Shown here piece by piece: positions 24,925 to 26,703 of a stretch of 26,703 nt of DNA (positions within the stretch are counted from its first letter, which is position 1; every line of letters begins with the position of its first letter). The stretch lies in the NCBI GenBank assembly GCA_021786105.1, contig JAJYNW010000008.1, positions 1 to 26,703 of the forward strand, written 5' to 3'. This DNA comes from a bacterium (lineage in GTDB: Bacteria > Patescibacteriota > Microgenomatia > Daviesbacterales > UBA10151). Below the pieces are notes generated by a model. That model did not search any database. It had not been told where the DNA came from and was given only the letters and a program-made list of their open reading frames with translations. A program made the position numbers and the translations under genes.

Positions 24925-25012
24925 GAGGATTTGGAAACTGTGGAAGAAACAATTAAATTGATTAATTATTTCTTTGCAATCCCCAAACCTCTCTTACCTG
25001 TTAATTATACCA
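24925..25012 (-). promoter_or_regulatory. Internal pnp promoter and long leader stem-loop
   Basis: TGgTATAAT at 25004-12; long stem 24925-24991 whose mismatches read as G-U pairs on the minus strand. Confidence 0.6.
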
Positions 25013-25015
25013 CAA

Positions 25016-25285
25016 TCACTTAGTCAAACCTAATTTCTCAATTACTATTTTGTATCTGTCGTTGTCTTTTTTGAATAAATATTGTAAAAGTCTTCGGCGT
25101 TTATTAACCATGGATAACAATCCTCGTCTGGAGTGAATATCGTGCGAATGCTCTTTCAAATGAGTGGTTAAATTTTTGATTTGCTCGGTTAACAGTGCTA
25201 CCTGAACTTCAGGGGAACCGGTATCGCCGGATTTGGTTGCAAACTCTTTAATTATTTTCTGCTTGATCTTAGGATCTAATGGCAT
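25016..25285 (-). CDS. rpsO: 30S ribosomal protein S15
   Basis: [36 protein letters not shown]. Confidence 0.99.
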   Translation of the reverse strand: MPLDPKIKQKIIKEFATKSGDTGSPEVQVALLTEQIKNLTTHLKEHSHDIHSRRGLLSMVNKRRRLLQYLFKKDNDRYKIVIEKLGLTK

Positions 25286-25356
25286 GGCATCCTCCTTAAT
25301 ATTTTAGAAACAACCTCGGTGCCAAGACGTTGCTCTTTGTTTGGGGTATTGTAACA
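25286..25356 (-). promoter_or_regulatory. rpsO promoter, leader hairpin and Shine-Dalgarno
   Basis: TGtTACAAT (25348-56); hairpin agagcaac-gtcttgg-ca-ccgagg-ttgtttct; AAGGAGG 5 nt before the ATG. Confidence 0.6.
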
Positions 25357-25379
25357 AAGAAATTTAAAATATGCAACCA

Positions 25380-26426
25380 CTACCCTAGCGAGGTACCTTT
25401 AAAGATCTTAGGGGTGAGCCATTCCGGCTCAACTGTTTCAGAAATTACTCCTTCTTCTACCGGTCTTTCTTCCGGAGAAGGTTGATTGTTATCGCTTGAT
25501 TGAACCGGAGCTGGCTGAGGAGCAGACTGCACCACTGGTGGTACGGTAAATTCAGGCACCGGTGCTTGCGGAGCAGTTTGCTGACCAATAGCTGCCGACA
25601 AAGCATTCCAGTCATAAGTCGGCTGGGCTTGAGCTATGGTATTTTGCGGAGCGCTTTCCGCAGCCTTTCCGGCCGGTTTTTTCCCGCCCACCCTCAAGCA
25701 GTTGGCCACCACCATATAGGTTTCAGCTGTGGCCTTAGAATCTTGCAAATTATTAGTAGCTTCAAAAATGCCAGCCAGGAGGTTGCTGGCACTGTCGGCA
25801 TCCAGGTTATACCCTAAATCGGAAATTACATTAGCTACCATTTCAGAAACAGCAGAGGTGTTGGTATCCAAAACATTGGTTTGACCAAAAGAAGAATTAG
25901 CAACCTGGTTATCAATATTAACAATATGCGTACCGGAAAAAGCGTTTTGGTTTTGAGAATAAATATTACCTAAGGCATTCAAATTAACTGCCCCCACTAC
26001 AAAAACCAGGTTAAAACCAGAGCCCTGATAATGAGGAATAATTCTTCCTGGCTGGAAGGTTTGTCCCGGCAAAACATGAAAGACTAAATTTAAATTATTG
26101 CCTTCTGCAAACCAATCAAGCTTTTCCAAAGAAGGCACGGTTCCATCAGAGGCTGCCACGCCTTCCAAAGTCAAAGTCAAATTTCCGCCATCTGTGGAAG
26201 GAAGAGTTTTTGAAATATGATCTACCCCAAACAAGTGCGACTGGCCAACCAAAATATTATCATCACAAACAATGCTGACTTGCTTACCGGCCGCTTCTAA
26301 AGTTAAAAATAAAGACAGCCCTGCTGCCAGTTTATCTATATCAGCCCCTGTTGGAACAGCAATTAAAATATTTTTAGCAGCGGGTAACAGATTTTTAACT
26401 TCTACAAGCTGAGAATCGTATTTCAT
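25380..26426 (-). CDS. DHH-family phosphoesterase-like protein with degenerate catalytic motifs; start probably ATG 26426
   Basis: KNILIA...DKLAAGLSL, LVFVVG, IVNIDNQ (for IDHH), ASNLLAGI..AT; Pro/Gln-rich linker; C-terminal PEWLTPKIFKG. Confidence 0.82.
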   Translation of the reverse strand: MKYDSQLVEVKNLLPAAKNILIAVPTGADIDKLAAGLSLFLTLEAAGKQVSIVCDDNILVGQSHLFGVDHISKTLPSTDGGNLTLTLEGVAASDGTVPSLEKLDWFAEGNNLNLVFHVLPGQTFQPGRIIPHYQGSGFNLVFVVGAVNLNALGNIYSQNQNAFSGTHIVNIDNQVANSSFGQTNVLDTNTSAVSEMVANVISDLGYNLDADSASNLLAGIFEATNNLQDSKATAETYMVVANCLRVGGKKPAGKAAESAPQNTIAQAQPTYDWNALSAAIGQQTAPQAPVPEFTVPPVVQSAPQPAPVQSSDNNQPSPEERPVEEGVISETVEPEWLTPKIFKGTSLG

Positions 26427-26435
26427 AAAGTACTT

Positions 26436-26462
26436 TGTCATCCTGGCGAAGACCAGGATCCA
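26436..26462. repeat. GTCATCC...GGATCCA palindromic element
   Basis: tgtc-atcctgg-cgaaga-ccaggat-cca; same ends as 230-257. Confidence 0.8.
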
Positions 26463-26582
26463 TTTAAATAGTTAACGGCTGAATTCTACCACTTCCAGCC
26501 CATAAAAAGCAAGTTGGCAGTCTTTTGATATACTGATCATAATGAATATTTTAGACTCTAAAACATTTAAAAGAGTTCGGAA

Positions 26583-26703
26583 AACTCCGCGGACTAAAAG
26601 TCCGCGGGTTCTTTACCTTTCTTCCTTTGCATGATGTTCCTTTTGATTCCTGACATATTCTTTCACCTTTTCTAGTTCTTTTGTTCCTACCGTGGAACCA
26701 TAA
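26583..26703 (-). mobile_element. End of an IS200/IS605-family (or REP-associated Y1 transposase) element
   Basis: Hairpin ccgcggact-aaa-agtccgcgg (26587-26607) immediately downstream of a TnpA-like C-terminus. Confidence 0.75.
26613..26702 (-). CDS. tnpA: C-terminal fragment of an IS200/IS605 Y1 transposase (runs off the window edge)
   Basis: Hand translation YGSTVGTKELEKVKEYVRNQKEHHAKEER*; matches the STVG...Y.RNQ pattern containing the catalytic Tyr. Confidence 0.8.
   Translation of the reverse strand, partial: YGSTVGTKELEKVKEYVRNQKEHHAKEER

Overview
Bacterial chromosomal window, mostly minus-strand and read with the standard code. Its gene content suggests a CPR/Patescibacteria (Microgenomates-like) genome; this is an inference. 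The housekeeping backbone comprises a riboflavin-kinase domain, mltG, ruvX, a sortase, a 777-aa membrane protein, alaS, a RodZ-like protein, tsaC, ftsK, rnj, a Lon AAA+-only protein, pnp, rpsO and a degenerate DHH protein. This backbone is interrupted at three sites by seven paralogous surface-protein genes, one of them a pseudogene. All seven carry a prepilin-like Q(K/R)G|(F/L)A hydrophobic N-terminus. Six also contain highly variable PsbP-like modules bounded by conserved NWK(TY)...(S)TFKF-type anchors that are partly conserved as DNA. Twice, an unrelated toxin-antitoxin pair (DUF433/DUF5615-PIN; HicB/HicA) sits inverted in the same slot between two paralogs, which suggests an integrase-free, cassette-like variable array. 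About 15 starts have a -10 box 6-9 nt before the start codon (apparently leaderless). Several families of small palindromic elements invade gene ends and insert in frame, two with target-site duplications. pnp and rpsO have structured leaders. The 3' end of an IS200/IS605-type tnpA with its hairpin lies at the right edge.
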